Shown here: in pieces, positions 1 through 13,797 of the stretch | Layout of the letters: each line of letters begins with the position of its first letter | Position numbering within the stretch: the first letter of the stretch is position 1 | Origin: Calcarisporiella thermophila CBS 279.70 | Taxonomy: Eukaryota > Fungi > Calcarisporiellomycota | Assembly (NCBI RefSeq): GCF_041956535.1 | Contig: NW_027192193.1 | Span: forward strand, 688,719-752,718 | Direction: 5' to 3' | DNA: 64,000 bases | Notes under the pieces: model-generated | What the model was told of the DNA's origin: nothing | Seen by the model: only the letters and a program-made list of their open reading frames with translations | Databases searched by the model: none | Translations under genes and position numbers: made by a program

Positions 1-1141
1 TACGTATCGGTCTAGATGTACTTGATGAATCATATGGCCACAACCTTTAAAGATTTGTAGACGTCCACGCAGCCGACGCGCAAGAAGCTCACCATACCTA
101 AAATAATGTTAATAAGGTTTGAGGATAGAATGATGTATCAAGGATCACTTACCAGTTCTGAACAAGTACATCTTTATTACCTACTAACACAAGCACAGGA
201 ATCTTCTGCTCCACAATGTGTTTGGATTGCTTTTTAGGCAGATAATGTAAGAATATGCCTAACATTTGCTGAATGTTTCCGATAAGGGATTGTTTTCCTG
301 ACGTATTATAAATGTCTAGGTAAAATTTATTTAACTCCTCACGCTATCATATTTTTAAAGATTTAGTAGAGAGACACCATAAGAGAGGTAATGATAATTT
401 ACCTTGGTGGTGAATTGAAGATCATCAGAGCTGGTACTAAGAAACTCCTTAGCAAAAAAAAGTCGCACGACACGCGAAGCGCGAGTTTTATATGTAAGTG
501 CAAGGCCAGCCAGTGGTACACCAAACATAAAGCGCATCTATTTGAGCAACTAATCGTTATTTCTCTGTTTACTACGTACAAGAATAATATGCATTCACCG
601 TTGGCGGAAAATAGCGGCCAGCTGATGTAGAATCTAAAGTAACTGAAGCAAAATAGTTGGGTTTAAGTGCAACCATCCATTGGGCTATCATGCCACCCAA
701 ATTATGCCCAACTAGATGAATGTCTCCTGTCCATCCAACTTTCTCCAGCACAGCAATTGCATCCTTGGCCATACCCTTTACTGAATAGTAAAGCCTGATT
801 GGGATGTCTACAATCAAAGTTAATTATTTGATTTTGTATATACTATTACTACTTCTTACCAGAATGACCAACGCCTCGATTATCGATAATAAGTATCGAA
901 TATTCCTCTTTAGCCAGAAATTTACGAAGCAAGTAATACCAAGAACGACCGGGAAGGCCTAAACCTGGATTAAAAAATGTCGATTTCGATTAATTCTATC
1001 ACTAAGGCGAGTGTGTAAAATATTATTACCTGACAGTAAGCACAGATGTCTTGAACCACTCCCATGGATTTCATAGTGAATTTTCACTTTATTATTGATC
1101 GCATAGCCTTCTTGAAAATTTTCAAATCGTTCCAACACCAT
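1..1141 (-). CDS. Alpha/beta-hydrolase fold protein (Abhydrolase_1-like), 3' end runs off the window
   Basis: Six exons join in frame: MVLERFENF..IHYEIHGSG..LCLLSG / ..SILIIDNRGVGHS / ..IHLVGHNLGGMIAQ.. / MRFMF.. / ..IPVLVLVGNKDVLV / ..IFKGCGHMIH. DNRGxGxS, the nucleophile elbow, and the Asp and His motifs are all recognisable. Confidence 0.85.
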
Positions 1142-1612
1142 TTTCAACACTTTAGTTTGTGGGGATTACTGGAAAGAGGTGAGAAAATGCGGAGATTGAG
1201 CATGAATAACTTTATTTGAACAATTTATTGTTCGGCATGTGAATTTCTCGCTCGCATGAACTAATTATTCCTGTACTATATTGAGAACAACTCACAGATT
1301 TATAAAACATTGCTGAGCTTTGAACCGATTTTAAATGAGGTTTCAGCCCAAGTAGTGATTATACTCATTAATAAGAACTTTTTAATTCATCTCAAAATTC
1401 TGCAACTATCTAAAACTCTAGTTTTCTATGGTTACAATCGATACGAGAACTGAGGGATTACTATTAACTTGACCACCTGGCTAGCAAAATTTCCATTTCA
1501 ACAAAATTCATCCGTTTTGCTGAATATTAATTTGAAGAGTCAATTTAATGAAGATTATAGTGAATCCTAAAACTAATATTATATTGAGAATATGAAATGT
1601 ATTGCTTTAATT

Positions 1613-2482
1613 TTATGCTCGTCTTCGTCTTCCAGGTTTGCGGCCTCTGGTAGCAGGAGTTGGTGTAGCAGATGTTCGTCCTCTGGTTCGTTTATTTGAA
1701 GATGTTTTACTAGCTGTGCTAGTATTCGATGTTGTGGCAGCGCGACGACGACCCCGTTTCGCTGGGGGAGGTGTGGCTATATACATTCATGTTATTTTTA
1801 TACCGATAAGGATATATGCTGTCTATATTACCCTCAGCTTCTTCCTCTTCCTCCTCTTCCTCCTCTTCCTCCTCTTCCTCTTCCTCTTCCTCTTCCTCTT
1901 TTTCCTCGGGTGCTATTGATGAATTGGGAGAATCTTCGCGACGACTAGCTCCAGATCTTGTACGTGGAGCATTAAGAGAAGGAGTCGGAGAGGGAGAATT
2001 AGATCGCGAAGTATCAGCTTTGCGGTGTTCTGCAATAATATGCTCATATTCATCTTGAGGGAGCAAAAATTCTTGAACAGGTTCACGTAGTTTTTTGAAC
2101 TTTTCCTCTTCCTCAAGACCATCTTCTGAGTCCGATTCCTGCAAAAGGAGATGTATATTAATTTAAGATAGAGAATTAGTTCAAAATTACCATCTATTAC
2201 CATCGATTCTAAAATTTGTAAATCGTACAGATTGTCTAGTTTGCTCCAAAGTTCTTTAGGCAAATAGGAATCATCGGTACGGCCGGAATTTAGAAATCTA
2301 CATATATTTATCATACGAAAATGCTTATGAATGCCTTAAAAAAAATTAGGTTAGATAATGATAAAAGATGTTCACTATGATAACGCACCAATCGGTCTGC
2401 ATTTACTAATGGCATTGAAAAAATTTATCTCCATCTGTGATGTCCATTCCCGTTGTTTAATTTCCATTGCTGTTGACTCCAT
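1613..2482 (-). CDS. EAF7: NuA4 histone acetyltransferase subunit Eaf7 / MRGBP (CT20 family)
   Basis: Spliced N-terminus EWTSQMEINFFNAISKCRPIG/IHKHFRMINI..LWSKLDNLYDLQILE..EFLLP, followed by an acidic poly-E tract and a basic C-terminal tail ending GRRRRA*. Confidence 0.85.
1838..1905. repeat. GAA/GAG trinucleotide tract encoding poly-Glu in EAF7
   Basis: TCC/TCT repeats on the + strand; the ORF track shows a run of about 20 Glu. Confidence 0.9.
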
Positions 2483-2827
2483 TCAAAATCAATCCAATTT
2501 AGTTCAGGAATATATTCAGCACAATATACTACTAGGTCAAGATTTTTTTTGTGACTGCATTTTATGAAAATTTTCAAAGCCACATCTCATTTATAAAAGT
2601 TTCAATAGATCCAATATTTTTGGCATTTGATATAGATAGTCGCTAAGTTTGAAGGTAAAAAAAAATGACGAAATGATCTTCATTTATTCACTTTACGTGC
2701 AAGCGTAAATATTTCAAATAATTCAAGCAAGAGAAAAATAGAATAAACATGTAAATAGAGCTGTTCGTCCAAATGGCAATAGAAATATAATAAAGAAATA
2801 AGCATTCCAATATTCAACATATCCAAA

Positions 2828-3930
2828 TTAACGATTCATTACTACGAGCTCTAAGAACTGCTCATAATTAATCTGTACCCAGCCTAAAAGTAGAAAAATT
2901 TGAAATAAATACTAGTAAAAATTTAAACAAATGAAAGAGCAGACACTTTCCATCATTGTCTGTATCGAACCTTCGGAAAGCATCGGTAAGCGTTTTCACT
3001 GTTACGCATGCCTAGATATTTACTCTAATTAAAAAAGGAAAAATTGGTATATTAAGAAAAGAATTAGACTTGCCTGTACAAATGAATCAAAAGTGACATC
3101 CTGAGTCCCATATTTGTCATATTTCTTAATCAATAGCCCAATAAAGTTGTCTGATAAGCTAAAGACAGTCAAGATATTGTCAATACTTTTCGCATAATAG
3201 TAAAAAAAAACACACTCACTTGTATCCGAATGTTCGAAGTGCATTCTTAAGTTCATGAAAGTTGATTGTGCCACTTCCATCCGCGTCAAATGTAGAAAAT
3301 ATTCGGCGCCACTCCTCAATATATCTCCAGAGACCAGCAAATTCTTGGAAGTTTATCGTACCCTAAAGTCCAAAATTAGAATAAAATATATAGAACATCA
3401 TTTTTTCACTTACTGAATTATCAGTATCGAACATATTGACCATCATTCTACATGTCTCGTAATTAAATGGTGACCAATCGCCTAAACTTCTACTTAGTAT
3501 TAAAGGTGCATCAAATTATAATAATAATATATTGACCATTAATAAGGGCTCGCTGTAGTTCTTCAACGGTTAGAAATCCGCTGCGATCCGTATCAACTGC
3601 TTGAAACCAATACCATAGTTGTGGATCTGCGTTTTGTGGAGCATGTTGAGCACTTGTTGGTGGCGGAGGTCGTCCTGACATTGAAAACAGCATTTATTAA
3701 AATTATGCAGAACCATTGTTCAAAGATCTAAATTTTCTCTCGTAATTCACGCGTTTCACCAAAATATGTTCACTTTAGTACTCACCATACTGTGGCGCCG
3801 GTGTATTATATCCATATTGTTGCTGAGGTGGAGGTTGTTGGCCGTATCCACTATTATATCCTACTTGGGGTTGTGCTTGATTATACGGGGGTCTTCCATA
3901 ATTCTGTGAAGGTGTACCGTAGAATGACAT
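2828..3930 (-). CDS. PEF1: Penta-EF-hand protein (peflin/ALG-2 family)
   Basis: Gly/Pro/Tyr/Gln-rich N-terminus; [80 protein letters not shown]. Confidence 0.92.
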
Positions 3931-4115
3931 AATATGAGCTGAATTAGTGACGACAAAAGAAAAAACCAAGAGAAATATCGCGCTCTGAACACTTTCTAAA
4001 AAAAATGACGACAGCCAAGCAGCGCAGCTGACTTATTTTGAATGACTGCGCCTCTAATAATAATTAATTATACAGTCATATATGATATTAAAAACTTTGT
4101 AATTAGAAGTAGAAA

Positions 4116-5055
4116 ATGGGAAAACTGAAAAGCGCACTCTCAAACTTGATAAAGCAGCGGAAATCAAATGTACATAGTGGCCATACACGTTGCGAATCGC
4201 AGCCTCGAGTAGTAAAAAAGAGAAAAAGATCAGCTTTGAATGAGTGCCCATATGTCCCCGGTGAACGCATTCTTCTAGTTGGAGAAGGAAACTTTTCATT
4301 TGCACTCTCAATATGCCAATTCTATTCAGAACCTTCAGACCTTTCGCGGATCATTGCAACTGCCTTGGATAATGAAAAGACATGCTATGAAAAATATCCT
4401 GACGCTCGCGAAAATATTGAGAGATTGCGCCAAAAAGGAGTATGCGTAATGTTTGAGGTGGACGCAACACGTCTCGCATCTTATAAGAGTCTAAGAGGCA
4501 AAACGTTCCATAAAATTATATTCAACTTCCCTCATGCTGGTAAATTCTTAATTAGTTAGTATTAGTGTTGATAGTTAAATGTATCTATAAATAGGTGCTG
4601 GCATAAAAGATCAAGACCGAAATATTCTGATCAATCAAAAGTTAATATCTGGATTCTTCAGTTCGGCAACGCCTTTTTTAGCACAAAAATTCGAAGAAAA
4701 TGGTGAAAACAGTTTGGAATATTCAGATGAAGAAGACAGGCAATATAGTGAGCGTCGAAATTATGTTAAGAATTTGAACAGAAATGGCGAAATTTTGATA
4801 ACAATTAAATCAGGATCGCCTTACGATCTCTGGAATATTCGCCGTCTTGCCAAGGCAACAGGAGAGCTAGTCTGTCGTACAAGTTTTTTATTTATTCCTG
4901 AAGATTTTCCCGGATATCAACATCGAAGGACTCTTGGATATAAGGAGGGAGTAAGCAAAAATTCCAATATTGAAATTGTGCAGAAAGAGCCTCGTACATA
5001 TATATTTGTGCGAAAATCCGCAACCGAGGATGAAATCCCTAAAAAAGAAAAATAG
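4116..5055 (+). CDS. BMT5: 25S rRNA (uridine-N3)-methyltransferase, BMT5/BMT6 (DUF2431) family
   Basis: ILLVGEGNFSFALS, VDATRL, IIFNFPHAG/GIKDQDRNI..NQKLI, PYDLWNIR, FPGYQHRRT; one intron at ~4540-4594. Confidence 0.88.
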
Positions 5056-5711
5056 GAGAACGACAGAAGACGAAGATGATTAATTAGTTGTTTGGATATT
5101 TCTTAATACAGTATATATTAATAAGAACAACTGTGCCTTAGCAGATAATGTGTAAAAAACTATTAAACGAGTTATCATAAAACTTTCGCTGAATTGAATA
5201 GGTCATAGCATGCGATACTGTTTTTTTTGGAGTTATTCATTATTAGTAGTTTTATTTATTATATTATATACTATATATAGATAATATAAGGATCAGAGAA
5301 TGAATGATTTCCATTCGGATGGATTTAGAGAGCAATTCTATAATAAAAATACTGATTATTTCGTCCCATATCACTACAGAATATGCCAGTATTTAGTAAT
5401 GTTGGATATTTTTTATACTATTTTAATCCTTTCCGAGTTATATTCGATATTTTGTGACAATCACAAAATTAACAGAAGTATCGAACCTGACTCTATTACC
5501 TTTATTATATTATATATTTTGGTTATGTATATATAAATTTTGAAGAAAGATAAGACTCGCAAATTAATAATTAAACTCTATTGGATACCAATAACCACGG
5601 CCAGAAGTTTGACTGCTAATTAGAGTGTAAATATACTAAGCCGCAAGGACTGTCTTTATTTTTACAGGCATAGTCTCTTCCAAGTGAATTGTGTTTATCG
5701 CTAGCTAGATC

Positions 5712-8624
5712 ATGGCAAAGCAGAAGAAGAGCACTAAAAAATTTCAAAAGAAGCACCTTGCTGCTACTATTGAAAGGCGGAAGAAGATACAAAAAGTGAA
5801 TCAAGACATCAAAAAGCGAGAGTTTAAAAAGAAGGAGAATGCGATTCGAAGACAGCTAAAAGAAGGTTATAAATTTTTAGTGATGCATTTATATTCTACT
5901 TCTTCTCTTACTCTATTTCGATGCTCCTTTTTTAGAAGATGATAGGGAAAAAATAACGGATGATTCTGAGGAAGACGAATTTATTGACAGTGAAAATAAG
6001 TACGTTGATTACCTTGTATATTAAACTATACTTATCATTTATATCATTTTTTAGATTCTCCAATATGAGCGTATCTGAGTTTTTTAAAAGCGGATTTGAT
6101 GAGGAAGACGATGAGAAGCTTAGTGATGATGTAGGCTATCGTTATTTTTATTAGATTACTATTTAAATAGGATTTAAAGGTTTATATCTTGATCTAGGAG
6201 GAAGATTTTGAAGAGCTAGAGGTATCGGAAGGTATGTCAAATATATATATATATGTATATTTATACTTGTATTAAATATTTTTATTTATTCAGATGACGA
6301 GCACAATAGTGAAAAATCTGAGGAAGAACGAATCGACAATGAAAATTCAGACCCAGAGGCTAATAGTGATGAGATGGAAGAGGAAGCGTTACGTGAGATG
6401 GAAGAACAAATTTCCAAATTTGAATCATCTTCTGGAGGTCCTACAGCCATTACAAAGGAAATGATTGCTCAGTGGCAAGACGCAATTACGAAAGTAAATA
6501 TAACTATCTATTTCATTGTGTAATTTTATTGCATTATAATATTTTCATTCTCTCTACCAGAAAAAATCTCTTCGCTCACTCCGTCGGTTATTACTCGCTT
6601 ATCGTGCAGCAGCCCATATCAATGAAGATGAGGATGGTCGCCAATATGCATATAAGATCGAAAGCGGCTCTAGTATGATTTTAACGAAATAATTTTGCTG
6701 AATATTTTGGTAGCATATTAATTTCATATTTTTCTCTATAGTCTTCAATAAACTAGTAGTAGTCTGCCTAAAGTATGTAATTGATGTCTTTGAACATCAT
6801 CTACCTGTAAAACAAGTAGAGGGGAAGACGTAAGTACATTTAATTTTAATTTGCGCCTCATCCATTCCAAATTTTAATGCCTGCCTTAAAAAAGAAAATT
6901 ACCTTCTTCATCTCCGAAGTGGGAGAGCCTTCAAGGAGTCATCAAGTCGTTCCTATCCAACACTCTCCATCTTTTGAAAGAATTGACCGATAACAATATG
7001 ATATATTTTGCTGTTAAAGAATCTGAAAAAGCTATTCGATATTGGGCTTGTTTCCCGAAATTAGCACGGGAATATCTCAAAGTTTGTTAATTTCATTTTA
7101 TTTCGGCTACATTGAATTATAATTCTCTATTTTTTTTTTTTTTGCAGATTTTACTTAATTTCTGGGGCACGGCTGAAGATAATGTTCGAATAATTTCGTT
7201 CCTTAATATTAGAAAGCTCGCGGTCACTAGCCCTTCTCCATTCCTCGCTATGGCGTTAAAGGGCATTTATCTTAGCTATGTGCGCAATTCTAAGACGACA
7301 AATGTACACACTCTACCTTCAATCAACCTTATGTGCAACATGGCTACCGAAATCTATGGCTTAGATTTTAATGCATCCTATCAGCACGCATTCGTCTATA
7401 TCCGTCAACTTGCAATCCATTTACGCAATTCCATGACAATCAAGAGCAAAGTAAGATGCTTGAATTATTTACCTTCCAACCTAAAACTGTCTTTTAATAA
7501 TTTCTGCCCCATGATTAGGAGAGTTATAAAGCAGTATATAATTGGCAATTCATTCATTGCCTTGAGTTCTGGGCCAACGTGCTTGCTACTTATTGTGATA
7601 CTCAACGTGTTGCAGAGCATGGCGAATGCCTCCTTCAATCTCTTATCTATCCATTTGTCCAAGTTGCAGCAGGCGTTATACGGTATATTCCTTTTCTTTT
7701 TCAAATATCCTCTTTCCCTCTTTATTAAAATTTCTTTTATTATATAGCTTGATCCCTACTGCACAATATTTTCCTCTACGCTTTCATGTGATACGACTAC
7801 TTTTACCGTTAATACAAAAAACGGGAACCTTCATTCCGCTAGCGCCTTATCTATTTGAAGTACTTGACTCTGCGGAAATGCGTCGAAAACCTCGACCAAG
7901 TACAGCGAAAAAATTAGAATTTGAAACGCATCTCAAGGCCCCTAAACAATATATTGGAAATAAAATTTACCAGGTGTGTACTTTTATCTTCACTCTCTCG
8001 CCCTATTTATTATTTTCGAATTGAAATCTTTTTTAACCGTTTTCAATGTATAGGATGGGATTGCTGAGCAGTTAGTCGAGCTTTTACTCGAGTACTATGC
8101 TTGCTATTGTCTTTCGATTGCCTTCCCCGAATTAACGATTCCAGCAGTTGTGCAGGTAGCATTGTGCTTTTATAGAGTTGCAGAGATGAATAATTAACAG
8201 AATTATTGTAATTTATTACTGCTAGTTAAAGAGGCATATTAAAAAATCGAAGAACGTTAAATTCAATAAGCAACTGCACGGGCTAGTGGAAAAGGTAATA
8301 GTTTATTTCTATTAGCAAGCATACTGTAGCTAGTTGATTGAATAGATGATCAACTTATATTATAGATTGAGCAACAGGCGAAGTATATTGAAAGAGCGCG
8401 CTCTCAAGTAGAGTACAGCCCCAAAGATCAATCCCAAGTGGTAAAAATTATTTTAAATTTGTCTACGGCCTTCTGTCTCTGATAATGTTTTGAAATATTA
8501 GCATGCCTTTTTACGTGACGTGAAACCTGAACAAACACCCCTTGGACAGTATTGCAGAAATGCCAGAAAACTACGTGAGCAGAGACGTAAGCTCCTGGAA
8601 ACAGCGAATGAAGAGAGTGAATAG
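5712..8624 (+). CDS. NOC2: Nucleolar complex protein Noc2
   Basis: MAKQKKSTKKFQKKHL, LKGIYLSYVRNSK..TLPSINLM, YQHAFVYIRQLAIHLRN, LIPTAQYFPLRFH, SIAFPELTIP; many short GT-AG introns. Confidence 0.95.
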
Positions 8625-8765
8625 TTACAGTGTTCTGCGAAATAAAGATTGTTAATTTATATTTACATTCATAAATTTGTTTATTATAATTCTATTTTCG
8701 GCAAAGTTAAATCATTCAGTAATGAAAATTAAGATAGCAAAATAGAAAATGGAATTCGTGTACAA

Positions 8766-10403
8766 TTATTTGCCATCTTTCCGTTGTGCCCGAGACGATG
8801 AAGATGCTAAGGAAGAGTTAGAGGGTGCCGGTGATGCAGTGCGAGATTGACCGCGTTTTGGCCGAAGGGTTTGCCCTTCACCTTTAAACTTAGACTCCTG
8901 GTTTACAAATTAATTAGTTGGAGTATGAAGGTTGAGGCATATAATTATTCTATAATTGTTATTACCACTGAATCTACTGGCGCCTCCACTTCGTTCTGAA
9001 AAGGTTTGATCTCATATCCAAAATAGAGCTTACCAAACGGTAAATTAAGTGGGGCAGGTGCAATATTCTCAGCGTCCGGTTTTGCACTGGCTTTCTCGTC
9101 TGAACTCATCAGATTAGATTTTATATCAGTATTTGACACAGAAGAGGAGACTGATGGAGTAGGCGAGCGCGATTGAGCGAGGTTTCCGCCGAGACGTTGA
9201 CCACTACCTTTGAATGCAGTGAAGCCAAGCGGTGGAGATGAGACAGATTGGTCGATATTCATGGTTTTTGCCTATTTTCAAATTATGATGAGTAACCGGA
9301 ATTCAATATAGAATCTGAAAAAGGACGTGTTAACCATTGCAGGTATTTTAGGAGCTGGGGCAGGTTCTTTATATCCTACTGGAGGAGCAAAGTCAACCTA
9401 TTGAATATAATTAATAGATATAAATTAGAAATGAAGGTCTACTTTGTTACTTACGCTAAGATCGGTTTCTACTATCGAAATTGCACCACGGGTACTAGGT
9501 TTAACCTCCACGACCAGGATTTCATAAATTTTTCTGTTATAGCTTATTTGAATAATATCCCCTTCAGTGAGCGTGGAAAAGGTGCGAAGCTCATTTTCAA
9601 GTCTAAAATTAGAGAATTAGACGAATATGCACCAGATAAGATAAGGGATGAATAGAAAACATGTAGAGACATACACAGCTTTAGGATCACTAATGTCCAA
9701 AAAATCTACCGATTGTGGTTGTAATTTGACATAGGTTCCAAGAGGCAAGCTTGCATTTTTGACTTGAATAATATCACCTGGTTCTACTAAAAGGGTTTGC
9801 ATCATCTGTGAAGCAATGAGGTGAGTTAAAAATTTGGGTTAATACTATATTACTAATGTTATTACCCAATGTGGCAGATAAACATGACCTTCTTGCGCTA
9901 CAAATTCCAGCACTCCAGCATGTGTTCGTCTTTCGTGATCTTCATTAACAAGCTCAAAAAGCATCGGATATTGGATATTTAAACTAGCTGTTAATAGAAT
10001 AAAAGTAATGGGATTCAGCAAGACTTTACTGGCTACAAACTTAATTAACTAACCTAGTTTTGCAAGAGCTGATGGCGGCAAAATAACTAAAATCAGAGAT
10101 CAGAGCCGTAAGAAATTGGATATTGAAATTTAGTATTAGTATAAAATCATAAATTGATTAAAGCGTTTTTTAGTAAAAATTTACTTTTTCCTCCGTAATT
10201 TACTTTCTCACGTTCCTTTCCGTCCATCATTCCAACCGAATAACAGCGATAATGCTCTGAAAATCCTTGGCCTCCCAAATAACGGGAGGGTCCAAAAAAG
10301 TGGCCATAACTTTCATCATCGTAGCCGCCGAACTAAACAGTTTAAATAAGAATGATTATCGAATTGCATTTGATCTAACCAAACTTGATTTAACTAGTAC
10401 CAT
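8766..10403 (-). CDS. UFD1: Ubiquitin fusion degradation protein Ufd1
   Basis: [67 protein letters not shown] (SHP box); the ATG is followed directly by an intron. Confidence 0.95.
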
Positions 10404-10551
10404 GATTACGCGAAATTTAATAAATTTAAGGAGATTTTAAGAAACCACACGGTCTAATAATGCTTCTCATCATAAAAGTGGCTTATTGGGATTTCGATTT
10501 CAGACTTTAATAGTAAAAATATTTATTATATGATCTCCTTCAAGCCAAAAT

Positions 10552-11681
10552 TTAGTGAGTTGCCTGAGCACGGCGACGGTCACGTTCTTCTGCAATCGTA
10601 AGCTTGACACCTTTTCCTTTGGGAAGGGATATCCAAGGCTTGTTACCTTGGCCGATAACAAAAACGTTAGATAGACGGGTAGCAAACTGACGATCAAGCG
10701 AATCCTTGATGTGCACAATATCAAATCCACCAATATGACGTTCACGGTGAGTGATAACACCAACACGACCCATGTTGCGTCCACCCGTGATCATGCATAC
10801 ATTCCCAACCTCAAAATGAACAAAATCAGAGATTTTTCCGGTCTCGAGGTCAAGGCGAATGGTATCATTAACATTGATAAGGGGATCAGGGTAACGAATA
10901 GTACGGCCATCGTGAGTAACAATGTATGGGATACCCTTTGCGCCCAATTGCACACGCTTGACGCGGCAAAGCTTGTATGTTGCTTCTTCGGAGGTGATAC
11001 GGTGGACGGTGAAGCGGCCCTTCACGTCGTAGATGAGACGGAAATGCTCACCAGTCTTCTCGATTGTAATCACATCCATGAATCCAGCAGGGTAGGTGCT
11101 ATCCGTGCGCACCTTACCATCAACCTTAACAAGGCGTTGCATCAAAATGCTCTGCACCTCTTTTCCATTAAGCGCGTACTTCAAGCGGTTACGCAGGAAG
11201 ATAATAAGAGGAAGGCATTCACGGAGCTAAAAATATATTAAAAGCATTATATATCACGAGTTGTAAAGATTAAATACTAAATGGCTAAAAAATCCCTCGA
11301 GTTTGAACGCATACCTTATGAGGACCGGGAGAAGGGCGGGGAGCTTTATAGAGAATTTTTTGAATTAGTATGAAAGAATAACTAATGTAATAAGATCATC
11401 AGCATTATATTTTATTTACCATAGCAACCCGTCAATTTGTCCAGCATCCAATGCTTGGGAGCAGCAAGACGCTTCAAGTGCTTACGAGGACCACGCTAAA
11501 AAAAATGATGATAATAGATCATGAGATTCGATTCTTATAACCATCTATGATAATCCTATTGTCTTTAAACCACATCCATCCTCATCCACATCGCCAAATA
11601 CACATTTTACATATCCATCCATCTTATTAACCATTTCCACCACCATCCTTTTAAACTCTATCTTTGGATACCTACAACCAT
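10552..11681 (-). CDS. RPS4: 40S ribosomal protein S4 (eS4)
   Basis: [23 protein letters not shown]../[54 protein letters not shown]. Confidence 0.98.
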
Positions 11682-11699
11682 GGTGACTAACGTCGACTT

Positions 11700-11767
11700 G
11701 AGGAAAGAGAAAGACCAAACCCTTTGGGCTTCACCCGCACTGTTAAGTTCTCAAAACTATGTGACTA
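11700..11767 (-). promoter_or_regulatory. RPS4 core promoter: Homol-D-like box plus pyrimidine (TCT/TOP-like) initiator tract
   Basis: TAGTCACA on the - strand (11760-11767, one mismatch to CAGTCACA) lies ~45 nt upstream of TCTTTCTCTTTCCTC (11700-11714). Confidence 0.5.
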
Positions 11768-12021
11768 TTCATTTCAGATATCATATATCTGAAATCTTTC
11801 TATACCACTGATGTAATTTTATCCTATCGAATTTAAATTAGTCGTGGTGGACCAAAATAAGCGCGTATCATTACACTATGTTACTCAATTTATTTATAGT
11901 GGCATACTTGTAAGTATAAGTTGTTTACAATTTAAATAGGATACTCAAAGTTATAGCAAATTGGAAATGTAGCGAGTATCTAAGAAAAGAGTATCTTTCG
12001 AATAACTGTATCGATGTCCAT

Positions 12022-13797
12022 CTAGATCAAACGCTTTAGAATGTCTATAAATTTTCGTACATCCATAAAGGTGTTGTACAAAGGAACGGGGGCAATACGA
12101 ATGCAATTCGGTCGTCGTTCATCGCATACTACTCCTTCTGCCATCAAAGCATTGAATATACGGTCAAATTGGCTATCTGACAAAATCAATGAAAGTTGGC
12201 AGCCACGTTGTTCGGGATCTCTTGGGGTTATGATTTTAAAATCTAACAAACCACCGATCTCAGTATCGAGTAAATATTCGAGATAGGCTGTAAGTAACTT
12301 TGATTTGGCACGTAATTTAGGCATCGTGACTTCTTCGAATATTTGAAGAGACCCAAGAAGGCTAACTGTGTTAAGTACAGAAGGGTTTGATAACTGATAA
12401 CCTGCGGCACCAACTCGCAAAGGAAAGACTGAGGAGATTTAAGTTATTACATTACTATTATTATTGAAAAAGATTCCTCAAACCTTTGTCCATCTGGAAA
12501 CGGACATCTCGTTCAACCCCCCACCATCCACCAAAGCTGTACCGTAATATATTGTCAATCAAAAATACTGAGATATAACAATCCTAATACTAACCGTGGT
12601 CGATTAGATGATACATCACTATGCTTTTCATGCACAAAGAGACCAGCAATGCCACCAGGGCCAGAGTTGAGATATTTATAAGTGCACCAGCATGCGAAGT
12701 CAACACCCCACTCATTCAGCTTCATAGGTACATTCCCAACAGCATGAGCTAGATCAAATCCAACAATACAGCCCTTTCCATACAAACAATTATTAGTCAG
12801 CAGATATGTATTGAAAAAGAGATAGAAATACCTTTGAGTGACCAGCTTTTGTAATCTTTTCAATCTCAAAAAGCTGACCCGTGTAATATTGCACACCGCT
12901 AAACAGGACAAGAGCAATTGATTCACCTTCGCGTTCAATAGTCGATAGAATATCCTCCGTACGAAGTGTATATTCCCCTTCCCTTGGCTTTTGAAATATG
13001 AGTGCATCGGCAGGATCAAAACCGTGCAAACGAAGCTGAGATTCAATTGCGTACTTAAAACTACGGGTTTAATATCATGTATATTTAGGGCCTTCAATAG
13101 AAATATTACTCTGTCGGACGGGAAAGGCTTTTCTTCCATAAGAATTTTGTATCTGCGAGAGGTGGGTTGGTAAAAGGATGTCAAAAGGTAATGCAAGTTG
13201 CCAGTCAGAGTGTTCATGATAGCCACTTCGTCTGGTTTTGCACCTTAAATGTAATATATTAGATAAAATAAAAAAAAACCAAGAGAAATTATAATTACCA
13301 ATAAGCTCCGCTGATCTTCCTACAACGTTGTCTTCAATGCTAACCCAAGGTCGACCATAGGGATGATTGAAGTGACTTACCACGCCTCTAAGATAGAAAG
13401 AAAAATAAAATAATATTAAAATTCGGGATAACACATTAGAAAGCGTTCATAATACCTCTTAGCCCACACATCTAGCTCTTCTTCCACATAGACCTTTGAC
13501 TTTAGGGGTAGCAATCCTAACGAGTTTCCACAAAAGTATACGCACGTATTTTCACCTTTTGAACCCAATTTTTCTTTTTCCGCGTCTATTGCATTCAAAA
13601 CAAAAATTTAGTTAGAAGAAATATCATTAGTCTGAACGAAGTGTACCATTCAACGGGACGACATCTTTCACCAAAGGGATACTGAACTCCTTGCGTAGCC
13701 CTTTAAGTTCATCTCTTTCGTCCAGCCATGCGGCGATTTCAAATGATGACAGGCTCAGACTGGATTCCTTTACAAGTGCAGCTAATTCAGGCAACAT
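12022..13797 (-). CDS. BNA5: Kynureninase
   Basis: [58 protein letters not shown] (PLP lysine), [15 protein letters not shown]. Confidence 0.96.

Noticed and set aside
11498-11675. Intronic snoRNA in RPS4 intron 1
   Set aside because: The intron is GGAT-rich but has no properly placed C (RUGAUGA) and D (CUGA) boxes or H/ACA hairpins.
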